Shown in pieces: positions 1 to 11,725 of a stretch of 64,000 nt of DNA; within the stretch, counting starts at the first letter, position 1, and each line of letters starts with the position of its first letter. Under the pieces are notes generated by a model, which did no database searches, was not told the DNA's origin, and saw nothing but the letters and a program-made list of their open reading frames with translations. The position numbers and the translations under genes are program-made. This DNA comes from Neocallimastix sp. 'constans'. Lineage: Eukaryota. The stretch lies in assembly GCA_050613775.1 (NCBI GenBank), contig JBODTK010000001.1:62001-126000 (forward strand). The letters are read 5' to 3'.

Positions 1-42
1 TATTAATAATAATCATTTTTAAAAAATATTAAATCCAAAAAA

Positions 43-76
<34 letters not shown>

Positions 77-87
77 TGTGTATATAG

Positions 88-913
88 ATGGTATAAAAAA
101 AGCTACTGCTGTTAATAATGCATGTGAAAATCTCGGTCGTTCAGAACCACTTAAGGTTTTAATTGAAGTTAACACCAGTGGTGAAGAATGTAAAGTATTA
201 ATATAAGTGCATATATTAATTTATGTATTCTTGATATTGATATCTCTCTCTATATATTTGAATGCTTATTCAAATTAAATAATAAAATTATTATTATTAA
301 TATCAATAACAACAACAACAATAATAATAATTAATAATAATAATAATAATAATTAATAATAATAATTTTATATATTAAATAATAAATCTATTATATAGCA
401 AAGAGTGGTATTAAGCCAGATGAATGTGTTGAAGTTGCTAAGCACATTATCAACAATTGTCCAAAGTTAAAATTCTGTGGTTTAATGACTATTGGTATGT
501 TTGACAGACCAAATGATCAAGAAAATCCAGATTTCAAGGTAAAATATATACTGATTATATTTTTTGAAATATTATACTTTATAATTATTTATTATAAATT
601 ATTAATAAAATATTATTATAAATATGTATATATATGTATATAATATATATACAATTTATATATTTTAAACATTTAAATTTTTATTAAAAATTACAATTTT
701 ATAATTATTTTTATAAATCTTTAAAAAAAAAAAAAAAAAAAAAAGACTCTTTTCAATTGTCGTCAAGATGTTGAACAAAGCCTTAATCTTTCTGGTTTAG
801 AATTAAGTATGGGTATGTCTGCTGATTACGAATTAGCTATTGCCCAAGGAAGTACTAATGTTAGAGTTGGTAGTACTATTTTTGGTGCAAGAGTTTACAA
901 AAACAAAAATTAG
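88..913 (+). CDS. PLPBP: Pyridoxal-phosphate homeostasis protein (PLPBP/PROSC/YggS family), last three exons; 5' part lies outside the window
   Basis: Exons 88-189, 399-538 and 746-913 are joined by GT-AG introns with consistent phases. They translate ...[19 protein letters not shown]...[13 protein letters not shown]...NPDFKTL...[38 protein letters not shown], which contains the hallmark YggS motifs (VNTSGE-SKSG, GLMTIG, LSMGMS-D, GST-VRVGS-IFG-R). Confidence 0.96.
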
Positions 914-958
914 ATTATTTATCGATCAAGTCAAGTCAATAAATATATTAAATAATAA

Positions 959-995
<37 letters not shown>

Positions 996-2094
996 ATAAA
1001 TAATAATGAAAATAAAAATAAAAAATTAAAAAAAAAAAATAATAAAAAAAAATAAATTAATAAAATTAAATTTAATACTATTTTAAATTTTTTTCATTAA
1101 AATTGATATAAGAAAAAATAATAATAATAATAATGATAGTAATAATGATAATAAATTATTTCATTTATTAATTTCAGAAAGAATAAAAAAATGAAATGAA
1201 AAAGGTAAAAGGCATACATAGATCATACTAAAGAAGGAAACTATTTTATTATGTTTTAATTAATTTTCATCATTCTATCAAATATAATGTAAAGAATACA
1301 AAAAATAAAAAGAAAATAAATTATAAAGTTACTTTATATATGTATTATATAAAATTTAAAAAAGCAAATTATTTATTATAAAATAAAAATAATAATAATC
1401 ATTTTAATTGTATAAAAAAAATAATAATTATAAAAATAAAATTAAATTTTATATAAAAAAAAAAAAAAATAAAATAAAATAAAATAAAATATATATATAT
1501 ATATATATTATGTATATAATATTTTGTTAAAGTTCAGCATGTTTAATTAAACCTTGTACATTAAGGTATTATAAATATTAATAATTTTTGATTATGTAAT
1601 AACTTGTATGTAAACTATAAAAAGGAAAATTATTTTATAAAATTAATATTTGGAGTTTTTTCTTTTTAAGATTTTACTGGATTATATATATATGGGAGTT
1701 TCATTTCACCAATTTTTTTTAAAGCATGTGGCATATTAAAAAAAGGTTGCATTTCGCCAAATTGAAAATTATGAAATAAATACATAAATAAATACATAAA
1801 TAAATAAATAAATACAATTAAATATATTAAAAGGAAAATATTTTATATAACTTTGTTTTATTTTTAGAATACATAAATAATCCTATATATTATGAATTAA
1901 ATTATATTTAGTAACGTTTTTAAGGAAGATATTTATTCAAAAATTTAAAATTAATTTATTTTTATATTTTTACTTAAATTCATTTCTATTGGTCAAATAA
2001 ATAAATAACGAATTAATAAATTATCTTTTAGCACTCCCTCAAATTTTGCGATTTTCATTTCAAATAGTTAAATTTGTATGTTTTATTTTGGTTT

Positions 2095-3069
2095 TAAAAC
2101 TTTGTTAAGTATTGAGTTTCTAAATTTATCCATTAGTGAACTATTTAAATATTTTGTAAACCTATCCGCTAAATAGTATTCTGATTTAATATATTTTTTA
2201 TTCTTATTTTATCAATGTGTTTAGACTTAGGTTTAATTGATAAATTTTGGTAATTATATATTGCTGTAATTACCATTTAGTCTCTCAACGCATCCATTTA
2301 GTTGAAGGTTGTGTGGTATTGTATATTGATGGACTATTCCATGATAGGAGCATAAGGTGTTGAATTTGTAATTAGAAAATTTGAGGCCGTTATCGGTGCG
2401 AATGAATTTGATTGGTTTGTTAAAAATATTGTTAATTTCTTTGAGCCAATGATGGTATTTGTTGAAGATATGACTTTTATTTTCAAGAAAAATGATCCAA
2501 TTAAATCGGGAATAATCATCGAGAATGGTTAAAAAATATTTATTACCATGAAGAGACTCAGTAACTGGACCAACGAAATTCATATGGATTAGTTTCAAAG
2601 ATACGTTTTGGATTATTGTGTGATTTTCTATATGAGGAATTTTTTAATTTGGAATTTGCGCATATAGAGGGCATTTAGACTTATTACTGAGTCTTAATAA
2701 TTTGCCTTTGATGTTATTGATATTGAAATGCCCCAATCTACGGTTTATAAAGAGTATTTATCTGCTTTAGTAATAATGAATAGGTGTATATTTTAAGAGG
2801 TTTTGTGTATTGATTTATTGAAGTTAACGGTATTAGTTGATAATCATAGGTAGAATATGTTTTGTTTGTTTGAGTAAATATTTGTTATTCTGTTTCCATA
2901 TTAGTTATATATTGTTGCACAGGATCTTTGGTTGTTATAAAATATGATTTTGAAATTTTGTTTAATCAAATTAGTAACTGAAATTATATTTCTGTTTATA
3001 TATGGATCATAATAGACATTGCTTAGGACTATTTTGTAGTTGAAGAGGAAGTCAGTGAAAGTACCTTAT
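2095..3069 (-). pseudogene. Copia-1 pol remnant: protease C-half, integrase core, fused directly to the RNase H C-terminus
   Basis: ORF 2254-2598 has rve motifs (IHMNFVGP, YFLTILDDYSR, IRTDNG, PHNLQLNGCVERLN). Immediately downstream is AIYNYQN...KSKHID...LADRFTKYLN, matching the RNase H end of copia-3. Confidence 0.85.
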
Positions 3070-3862
3070 TGTAAAGAGTTCGAATGGAAACAAATTACAA
3101 ATAACAAAATATAACACTTAAACTAAAAAAATAATACGATATAAAAATTCTCTTTTAAATAAAATAATCTTTATTAATTAAAAAAATTAAATCTCTTATC
3201 TCTTATTGTAATTAACTATTTTATAGTCAATAACTAATGCGTCGATTAAAATAATTAAATTTGCTTGTATTTATATTTTTTATGAATACATTATAATATA
3301 TCATTCTTATCTAATTTACAAATATTACTATTTATTTATAAACAAAATATTTATTAATAATTTTATTATATAATAATTAAATAAAACTAAACAATAATTA
3401 ATTCAATAAACTTTCAACATATTTACAATAATAATTAAATTCAATAAGAGCTCATTTAAGAGCTCATTTTTATCTATTCATTATATAAATATTATTAATA
3501 CTAATGCTTAAATATTTACAATTCAAAACTATTTTTATAAACTATTTATGTAAACTATTTAAACTAATTTTAACTAGTTAAAACTATTCCGAAATTAATT
3601 TTAAAGTATTTTAAGCTAAATAAAGTAAATTAACAAAGTTAAATAAAATAACTGCATTAAATAAACTAAATTAACTAACTTAAATAAATTATTTAAATTA
3701 TATTTATTATCCAAAATTATTTAAATAATAATTTTTCCTTTTGAAAAATTAACATAAATTTATAGTTAATTTTTATATATGTAAATCATAAATTTATGTA
3801 TTTTTATTACATTAATTAATTATTATATAATTAATTATTATGGATTTTATTAAATCTTTACA
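3070..3862 (-). mobile_element. Solo LTR, gypsy family A, inserted in the copia-1 protease
   Basis: TGTAAAGA...TCTTTACA termini; homologous to 16441-17209 and 18055-18774. Removing it joins copia protease ...LPNGKTVLSTTQ to GTFTDFLFNYKIVLSNVYY. The TSD is imperfect (CTTAT/CTTTG). Confidence 0.85.
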
Positions 3863-4204
3863 CTTTGTGTGGTTGAAAGTACAGTTTTACCATTTGGTAA
3901 ACGAATGTATTTGTTGCAGTGCTTGATATTATTTAAATACTCTGTAAATTTGGAAATGGGAAGGGAAGCGCTCCCGCGTCTAATAACCAGCATGTTAAAT
4001 TGTTATGTTGTTCATGGATATTAGCATTTGTATAATTGTTGATGACACAGTTTAAAACGGCGTCGTCCTCATTATTGTAATCCTTTGATAAATCTTCAAT
4101 TAAATTGGTCATCTTCTTTAAGGTTTTCTAAGGAGTTTAATTGTTTATTTGTGTTAAAATGATTTAGAGTTGGAGTCAAGTGATTGTAAAAGTATTTGTA
4201 AGAA

Positions 4205-5265
4205 TGAAAAAAATGGGTAATTTTGATATTAATGAAAAATCTTTCGGTTAAATATTACAAAGATAAAATATTAAAACTAAGTTTAAATAAAAATGGAGAG
4301 CTGATAGCCAATGACAATAAAATTGTGTCATCAAGGATGAATGGAATGTCAAAAACAAATATAATTATATATTAAATTGTGAAGAAGACTATAACTGTAA
4401 ACTCATAAATTCATATAATGATGAAATTATTGACTATTTAGAAAAAAATCATGTTGCAAAGTCTAGTATTAATCCTGCTGAAAAAATTGACATGGGAGAG
4501 AAATTATTATACAAAAAAATGTTAAGTTTGGTACTTACTAACAAATGGCGAATTTATAAAAATCATATAAAGAAAATAGCAACGGATTTTATGGGAGAGT
4601 TAAATGATATTGCCACTAGTGATACCACAGTTATTAGTTATGCTGAATTTGATAGTGAATATAACTTTAAATTATATTTTAAGGATCAATATCAACCATT
4701 AAATCTTATCAGTTTTAAAGATATATCCGGTAATCCTTCTAAAAATAAATATATTCGTATGTCATGTGAGGAAGATAAATTAGAATTTTACGAAATATAC
4801 CAAAATAAAAAGTATGTTTATTATTCATTTTTATATCCTCCAGAACTAGAAAAAACAAAAACAAAAACAAAAATAAAAACAACTCCTACCCTTACCCCAA
4901 AAACATCTTATAGTGAATATTCATCTAAAGGTGTCATTGGTAATAAGTACTATTTGGGCGTTCCAGATTTATCTACTATTTCAAAGATTGAAATATTAAA
5001 TAGTAATGATAACCCTTATTATACATGGATTTTCGATTCTACTAGTTCACCATTTTTTATATATTTAACCAATAGTAAAAATGGGAAAAAAGAAAAAAAT
5101 CTAATTATTGTTTAGATATTAACGATCCATATATTTTCATAGTTAATTGTGCTAATACTAAGAATAAATTCAAGTATGGAGGAGAAGAATATTCTTCAGT
5201 ATTTATAATGTTTATAGTTGTAACGAATACTAAAATTTGTAAAAGGAAATCTTGGTATAGCTGTT
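4205..5265 (+). pseudogene. Captured, 5'-truncated fragment of a probable modular secreted-type protein (Thr/Lys linker, Cys-containing possibly ricin-B/CBM13-like C-terminal part), copy 1
   Basis: The frame extends upstream of ORF 4492-5115 (KLSLNKNGELIANDNKIV...). It includes a KTKTKTKIKTTPTLTPKT linker and continues after a frameshift as NYCLDINDPYIFIVNC. It has no retroelement motifs and is antisense to the surrounding copia. The domain call is tentative. Confidence 0.45.
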
Positions 5266-5631
5266 AGAGCTATAGCCATGAAAACTCGAGTTCGATTCAC
5301 ACTTAAACCTACTTTTTAAATATTTTATTTTCATTGTTCTAATTAATTCTTTCTGTATTTTCTTTAAGAATTTCATAGAAATTCTTAATAATCAGATTGA
5401 ATTTTTTATTTTATTTTATCCTTTCTTCCATTAGTTTCTAATTTAAACGAGAAAATCAGTTTTAAACGATTTTCTAAGATTCTAAAATTTTTGAAAATCA
5501 TACAAACTGTTTTTCCTTAAAAAGTATAAATATGAGTAAAATTTTCATAAAAGAAATATTTTTAAAAATTCGTGCTTTTATTAATTAATCAATTAATAAT
5601 AAGTAATTTGATATATTACAAAATTAATTAA

Positions 5632-5924
5632 TGTAATGAATCCGACAATTAAAACAGATTATAACAATAAAAAACACTTTACAATTTAAACAAATAAGTA
5701 AATTCTTTTATTATTAAATTCTTTTTATTAATTATAAATTTCTTTTATGTTATTAACTGTAAAATAGTTAATAATTAATACATCGATTTAATTGAGAAAA
5801 ATTACATGTATTTATATTTTTTCTTAGTACATTATTAATATATTATGTTATTTAAAAATATATATAAAGCTATTTATTTATAAACAAAAGATTTTTTAAT
5901 TAATAATTTTTATTATTTATTAAT
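5632..5924 (-). mobile_element. Partial LTR of a gypsy family related to family A
   Basis: Begins TGTAATGAATCC exactly where the duplicated block diverges from its twin at 20571. Its internal motifs (TAATACATCGATTTAA, TATTTATTTATAAACAAAA) are shared with LTR-A. Confidence 0.6.
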
Positions 5925-6536
5925 TGTAAAGATTTAATAGAATCTTTAATAATTAATTATTACATAATTAATTAATGCAATAAAATTACATAAATTTATG
6001 ATTTACGTATATGAAAATTAATTATAAATTTATATAAACTTTTCATAAAGGTTAAATTATTATTTAAATAATTTTGGATAATAAATATAATTTAAATAAT
6101 TTATTTAAGTTAGTTAATTTAGTTTAGTTTATTTAAAATAGTTATTATATTTAACTTAGTTTAGTTAGTTTAAAATACTTTAAAATTAATTTCGGAATAG
6201 TTTTAAATAGTTAAAATTAGTTTAAATAGTTTATAAAAATAGTTTTGAATTGTAAATATATTAATTTAGGACTCTACTTTCTACTGATTTAGGACTCTAC
6301 AGTTTTGAATTTTATCATAGACTTTTATTGCTCTTAAGCATTGTTAACCCTTACTGATTTTGGACTCTTATTATTGTTGCTCCTGCTATTCAGGTTGAAA
6401 TATTAATAATAGGTATATTATTCTATGTTTTTTTCGTTTACTCGTTCGACACCTTTTCAAGTGGATAGAGTCTGAACGACTTTACGATATTATATATAGA
6501 AATATTAATAACTTGTATAATTATTAATAAGAGATC

Positions 6537-6601
<65 letters not shown>

Positions 6602-6658
6602 AAAAATTTTTTTACGTTAATTAACTAACAGTTAATTTGAAATATTCAATATTTCAAA

Positions 6659-7744
6659 TTGGAGGAATTAAACTTAATATTTCAAAATCTAAATATTAAC
6701 GATATTATGGCGGACCATCAAATACAGCAACAACAACAAATACCCCCTCTTAAAATAGTAAATGATCCTCCGGTATTTTCAGGTAACAAATTTTCAGGTA
6801 ACAAAAGAGAACTTGATGGATTCCTGACAAGAGTTGAACTAGCTATTAATGCCCACCCTCAACGATTTATTAATGATGCTATGAGGGTCAATTTTGTCAT
6901 TTCATATTTAAATGGTAAAGCTTTGAACTGGGCCTCATGTCTCCGAAGAAATAACAACGCTATTTTAAACAACCTGGAACAATTTCTAGCTGAACTTAGA
7001 AGAAACTTTGGAGATCCTGATGTCGAAGCTGTAGTAGCAAATGGGCGTTTATGCAATATTCAACAATTCAAATATGGTAGAGTTGTTGAATATATAACGG
7101 AATTTCAAAAAATTAGCCAATATTCCGATTTTAATGAATCAGCAAAAATTTACATGTTTATCAGAGGACTTCATTACAAAATGAGAGAACACTTAGCTCT
7201 TGTTAATCCGAATCCTAATAACCTTCAGAATTTGTTTAGAGATGCCATTAATATTGAGAATCTTACAAAGCGTAATGACATTAGAGAATACTGTTTAACA
7301 CATCAGGATAGAAGAAACTATAATCAAGATGGCCCCATGGACGTGGATTTATACCGCATCAAAAAGGGTCAAAAAGCGACAAGATATTTTCCATCTCACA
7401 AAAGTATCTATAACAATTCCGAAACAAATAAGGAAGAAGAAAGAAGAAGAAAAGGTTTATGCTTTATTTGCGGGAAGGCCGGGCATTTACAATTCAATTG
7501 CCCTAATAAGAAGAAACCAAAGAATTTCAAGGTGATTAATAAAATTCCGAATGATGAAGCCTCCTCTTTTACTACTTCTCTCCCCTCTTCCTCCGTCAGA
7601 AGAATTAAATTAATTAATGATAATGAAAATATTCATAGAATCTTGGAAATTATTGAATTCGAGAATAAGAATTTTAAAGGGAAAACTAATATCCTTGATT
7701 TCTTTTCTACTTTAAAACCAACAATTCCGAAGAAACTAAAGTAA
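6659..7744 (+). CDS. gag: Gypsy-A Gag (capsid plus CCHC zinc knuckle)
   Basis: PPVFSGN, ISYLNGKALNWA, YITEFQ, FIRGL, PMDVD and the CFICGKAGHLQFNC knuckle. Confidence 0.9.
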   Translation: MEELNLIFQNLNINDIMADHQIQQQQQIPPLKIVNDPPVFSGNKFSGNKRELDGFLTRVELAINAHPQRFINDAMRVNFVISYLNGKALNWASCLRRNNNAILNNLEQFLAELRRNFGDPDVEAVVANGRLCNIQQFKYGRVVEYITEFQKISQYSDFNESAKIYMFIRGLHYKMREHLALVNPNPNNLQNLFRDAINIENLTKRNDIREYCLTHQDRRNYNQDGPMDVDLYRIKKGQKATRYFPSHKSIYNNSETNKEEERRRKGLCFICGKAGHLQFNCPNKKKPKNFKVINKIPNDEASSFTTSLPSSSVRRIKLINDNENIHRILEIIEFENKNFKGKTNILDFFSTLKPTIPKKLK

Positions 7745-9540
7745 AGGTTCTTATCGACTCAGGTTCTGACATTAACTGCATGCATCCAGAATTTGCTAGG
7801 GTTAATAAAATCAATTTAATCAATGCTGATAATTCCTTTAAAGTTGCTGGTCTTGGTTATGGTTTATCTACTGTTAAGAAGATGACAGAAAAATGTATCC
7901 TCCGTTTTAAGAATCACTTGGAAGTTATTCAATTATACCGATGTAGATATCATTTTAGGACTCCCTTGGATTGAAAAACATTGCCCTATTAACTACCATG
8001 ATTCAAAGAAAATCTCTTTCAGTTCAGGATACTGTGCTCGACACTGTAATGTAGGAAAAAGAAATAGAAAAAATAAGAATAAAAAGAAGTTAAACAAAAT
8101 TTCTACTAAAGGAAAGGAACCATATATAGAATTTTCCGTAAGTAAGGAAAAAAATAATCCTAAGCGTAAGTATTCCTTTGAATCTGATTCCGATATGGAT
8201 TCTGATGAAGAAATTACAATTAAAGGTCGTCGTACTCGTATTAAAACTTGTAGTGAAAAAGAAGAACTTAACGATTTAAAAAATTTTTGTATAATTAATT
8301 ATGATAATGATGTAAATGATAGTTTTATGTTTGATAATGATGATGAAATTTATGAATTTAGTGATAGTAATAATATTAATTTAGATGAATTAAATAAAAT
8401 TTGTAAAATTGATGTTTTATGTAATAATGTAACAAAAAATTATAATCATATTGATAATTTAAATAAAGATGAAAATAAAAAGTATATTTCTAAAAAGTGT
8501 TCTGTGAAAAATTTGTGTTGTATCTGAAATTGTTTAAAAATTAGTAATTTTGAGAATAAATTAAATCAAAAAATTATAGGAATACCTCCTATTTATAATA
8601 ATTACGTAGAAGTATTCAATGAAAGAAATTGTAACGAACTCCATCCACATCGTGAATATGATTGTGAAATAAGATTAAAGGATAATTCAAATTTATTTTA
8701 TGGTCCAATATATCCTTTAACTGAGGCAGAACGAGATGAACTAAAAAAGTATATGAAAGAAAATTCAGAAAAAGGATTCATTAGGAAATCCAAGTCACCC
8801 GCTGGTGCACCTGTATTATTTGTTAAAAAGAAAGATGGTTCATTGAGATTATGTGTTGATTATAGAAAATTGAATGAAATGACCATTCGTAATTCTTATC
8901 CTCTTCCTTTAATAAGTGAATTATTAGATAGAGTTAAAGGTGTAAAATATTTTACCAAGTTGGACTTAAAGTCTGCCTATAATTTAGTAGGAATTAAAGA
9001 AGGTGATGAGTACAAGACTGCATTTCGTACTCGATATGGTCATTTTGATTATTTAGTTATGCCTTTTGGATTAAAAAATGCTCCAGCCACCTTCCAGCAT
9101 TTTATAAATGATGTTCTTAGCGTTTACTTAGATGACTTTGTTATTTCTTACATTGATGATATATTAATTTATTCGAATAGTTTAGAGGAACATCATGAAC
9201 ACGTTAAAAAGGTGCTTAAAAAATTATTAGAAAATAACTTGTACATTAAATTAGAGAAATACGAATTCGATGTTACTGAAACCACTTTCCTTGGTTACAT
9301 TTTATCAAAAGACGGTTTGAAAGTTGATTCTGAAAAGGTTAAAGCTATCCTAGATTGGCCTGTTCCTTCTAATGTAAAGGAAATACAATCATTTATTGGA
9401 CTATGTAATTATTATAGAATTTTTATCAAGGATTTTGCTAAGATTGCGCGGCCCTTACATAAACTTACCAGGAAAAATGTTCCATTTCTCTGAGGTTCTG
9501 ATCAACAAAAATCCTTTGATAAATTAAAAGAACTTTTTAC
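7741..9540 (+). pseudogene. pol: Gypsy-A pol remnant: aspartic protease and reverse transcriptase, with frameshifts and stops
   Basis: VKVLIDSGSDINCM at 7741; ORF 8753-9493 has LRLCVDYRKLN, KLDLKSAY, MPFGLKNAPATFQ, YIDDILIYS and SFIGLCNYYR. Confidence 0.92.
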
Positions 9541-10873
9541 TTAAAAGATTATTTATTAAAAAAAAAAGATTTTTATTATTACATGTTTAAAATATTTTGT
9601 GTATTTTGTTATTTGTAATCTGTTTCTTCCAAACTCTTTACACTAAGACTTTAGTTAGAACTTCTCAAGTTCGAAACCTTTATTTTTCCAAAAATATATT
9701 TTATTATTATTTTTATTTTATTTTTATTTTTATTAAGAAAAATAGTTTGATTGGTTAGTTTTAATTCATTAAAATTTCTTTATTTTATTTATCAAAATTT
9801 TTACATAAATAGGAGTGGATTTTCTTCTAAAAATATTCTATACTTTGAGTTTTTATTAATAAAATAAAATTATTATTAAACACTAACTTATTAAGTTAAT
9901 TAATGTGTGTTTGATAATAAATTTATAATTAATAAAATAAATAAAAATAAAAATATTTTACTTGTTTTATTTTAAAGGTTTTTAAATGTTTATTTTTAAA
10001 TTTATTGTTAAGAACCATTTCATTACAATAAAAACTCCTAAAAATAAAAAACTTAATACCTTTGTGTTTAAAATTTTTAAGTATTCTTTTTAAGAAAAAT
10101 AAGTAAGTAGCAAACAATAATTGTTTGTAAATTAAGACGTTTTTCAAAAAAGGGAATATAAAGATAAGTCAGTAGCTTTGTGCGAAGTAAGACGTCTTTA
10201 TTAACTAAAAATTTTAATCATTGCTTTTCTTAATAATACTTCTAATAAAACAATTTTTTGAATAATAATAATAATAATAATAAGAGTAAAATTATTTTTT
10301 AAGAAAATATTCTAAAATAATTGAATTAGTACTGACTTAGAAGCAGGTTCTAATTCAAATACAAGAAGTGAGGAAATTTCCGGAGTAAGTTTATCTTGTG
10401 CAATAACAAGTTCTGAACTACTTTGAATATTTTATTTTTTTTTTAAAGTACTCGAGGTGCGCTCAAGTTCACAAGTCGTAATAGACGAGTGACTTGACAA
10501 ATAAGCGCATACTATTTCTTCACATTTTGAATTAAACCTGGAAAATTTCAGGAAATGCTTTTATTTCTGACGTATTTTTGAACGCTTAAATTTTCGTAAA
10601 ATTAAATTTATTCTTATTAGAATTTTTATTTTTTTTCTCTATTTTCTTTTGGAACGAATTCTAATAAAACAATTTTTTTTCTTTTAATTTTCTATAAATT
10701 TTTATTATTTCTTTTTTCGTTCCAATAACACAAATAATAAAAACTTAACTATTTTATTTAACAATACTAATACTTTTCAAAAAATAAAAACTTTGTGAAT
10801 CAAAATTTTTTCGATTACTTTTAATTACAATTATATCATTTCTTTTTATATTCTTTACAAATTACAAATAAAT

Positions 10874-11725
10874 ATGGAGGAACACAATATTTTTGAAAAT
10901 GCTACCCTAAAAGATGGTTTTGCCGGTGACAGAAGATTTTTAAAAGGTTTCCTTGCGAAAATTGATCTTATATTTGCTCTTTATCCAGATCAATACCTCG
11001 AAGACGAAAAGAAAATAATTTAAATAATCTCCCGCTTGTATGGAAACGTAATGAATTGGGCAGCTACTTTGATCAAGAATAATGACCCTTGTCTACATAA
11101 CTAAGAAGCCTTTGTAGAAAGATTAAAGGCTTTTTATGGGAGTAATGACGAATCCTACGTAGCCAACCAAATGCTAAGAAGAATTAAACAAAAAAACATA
11201 GTAGGAGTCAGTGGGTACATATTAGAATTTAACAAGTACGCCGATGTATCCACTTGGAACGAAGAAGCAAAAATGGACGCTTTTATGGTCGGTTTAAATG
11301 ATAATGTTGCCTCTCGTATTCTTGAAATGTTTCCTGGCCCAAGAACTTTATTTGCCATGCAAACAATTGCTTCCAGAATTGATTCTCGTCTATATGTTCA
11401 AAGACAATTTTCAAACCAAAGACGTTTCAATAACGAGAATCAAAGATCTAATAAAGCTCATCCTCAAAAAAGAAATGAGCCAAAATTCAGCTTTCATAAG
11501 CCTCTTTCTAAACAAGAAAAGGAAAGAAGAAAAAGGGAAAATCTCTGTGTTTATTGTGGCTCTCCAGACCACAGTTTAAAAGATTGTATAAAGAAGAATA
11601 AAAATAAAGAAAATATTTTCATGGTATCTATTCCTTTCAAGGTATCAAATTTAACCAATCCTCTCAAGAACATCTTGCTACAGAATTTAAATTATCTTTC
11701 GAACTATCGCCAAAGATTCTTGTAG
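10874..11725 (+). pseudogene. gag: Gypsy-C Gag with two in-frame stops
   Basis: ATG at 10874 is in frame with ORF 11171-11725; YILEFNKYA, AFMVGLN and the CVYCGSPDHSLKDC knuckle. Confidence 0.85.

Larger units (their letters stand above)
5925..9642 (+). mobile_element. Ty3/gypsy (Tf1-like) element, family A, internally deleted
   Basis: 5' LTR fragment 5925-~6262 (TGTAAAGATTT), leader with GGACTCTAC repeats, gag, protease and RT, then a deletion into the last ~100 nt of the 3' LTR ending CTCTTTACA at 9642. Confidence 0.88.

Noticed and set aside
840..1055. 71-aa Lys-rich ORF
   Set aside because: Out-of-frame overlap with the last PLPBP exon, running into a poly(A)-rich 3' region.
5252..5310. 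Functional tRNA gene
   Set aside because: A B-box-like motif is present but no cloverleaf, acceptor stem or anticodon arm can be built; kept only as a low-interest finding.
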